Positions 15,877 to 16,064 of a stretch of 16,064 nt of DNA are shown piece after piece. The stretch's first letter is position 1. Each line of letters begins with the position of its first letter. Origin of the DNA: Candidatus Hadarchaeales archaeon. GTDB lineage: Archaea; Hadarchaeota; Hadarchaeia; Hadarchaeales; Hadarchaeaceae. The stretch is taken from assembly GCA_038851565.1 (NCBI GenBank), contig JAWCKV010000022.1, forward strand, positions 1-16,064, read 5' to 3'. A program made the position numbers and the translations under genes. The notes beneath the pieces were generated by a model that worked only from the letters and a program-made list of their open reading frames with translations, did not search any database and was not told the origin of the DNA.

Positions 15877-16064
15877 CTTGCAGAACTTGAACTAACGAAC
15901 GTAGGAATGCAACTAATAAAAAGGAGGAATTATTAGTTGACACTTTGGTAAACTTGCAGAACTTGAACTAACGAACGTAGGAATGCAACGTTCTTACCTT
16001 CTCAAGCCTCTGGATGTCCTCAATCTTGCAGAACTTGAACTAACGAACGTAGGAATGCAACTTG
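15877..16064 (+). CRISPR. CRISPR array with 37-nt repeat CTTGCAGAACTTGAACTAACGAACGTAGGAATGCAAC (likely continues beyond the window)
   Basis: Three identical repeats at 15877-15913, 15953-15989 and 16025-16061. Spacers are 39 nt (15914-15952) and 35 nt (15990-16024). Confidence 0.98.

Noticed and set aside
15914..16024. Self-targeting or regulatory spacers matching this window
   Set aside because: No convincing match was found by eye on either strand; a proper alignment would be needed to exclude partial matches.

Overview
Archaeal chromosomal window with two visibly different halves. Bases 1-10760 are GC-rich, AGG/GAG-codon-rich housekeeping DNA: the smc 5' end, uppS, mtnP, a truncated TFS/RpoM-like Zn-ribbon gene, an RCK-DHH phosphoesterase/taw2/PUA/nac operon, pabB/pabC-like genes, a B3/4 protein, an AAG-type glycosylase, a 5-formyl-THF cyclo-ligase family gene, two orphans and tRNA-Thr(CGT). 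This content looks like a free-living, non-DPANN archaeon; a Hadarchaeota-like host is only a guess. After the tRNA comes an accessory island. A HEPN-MNT toxin-antitoxin pair is bracketed by the tRNA and a 27-bp copy of its 3' end. It is followed by an AT-rich, apparently complete miniature class 2 CRISPR-Cas locus: cas1-cas2-cas4-cas12f2 (Cas14b-like, 545 aa, RuvC triad intact), a roughly 300-nt structured tracrRNA candidate with a bipartite anti-repeat, a short leader, and an array of 37-nt repeats running off the window end. The most notable points are a type V-F2 system in an apparently non-DPANN host, its long tracrRNA, a Cas4 with a rewired nuclease motif, and an MNT antitoxin with a possible Cas2-like C-terminal domain. 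All homology calls come from motif recognition and memory; no searches were run.
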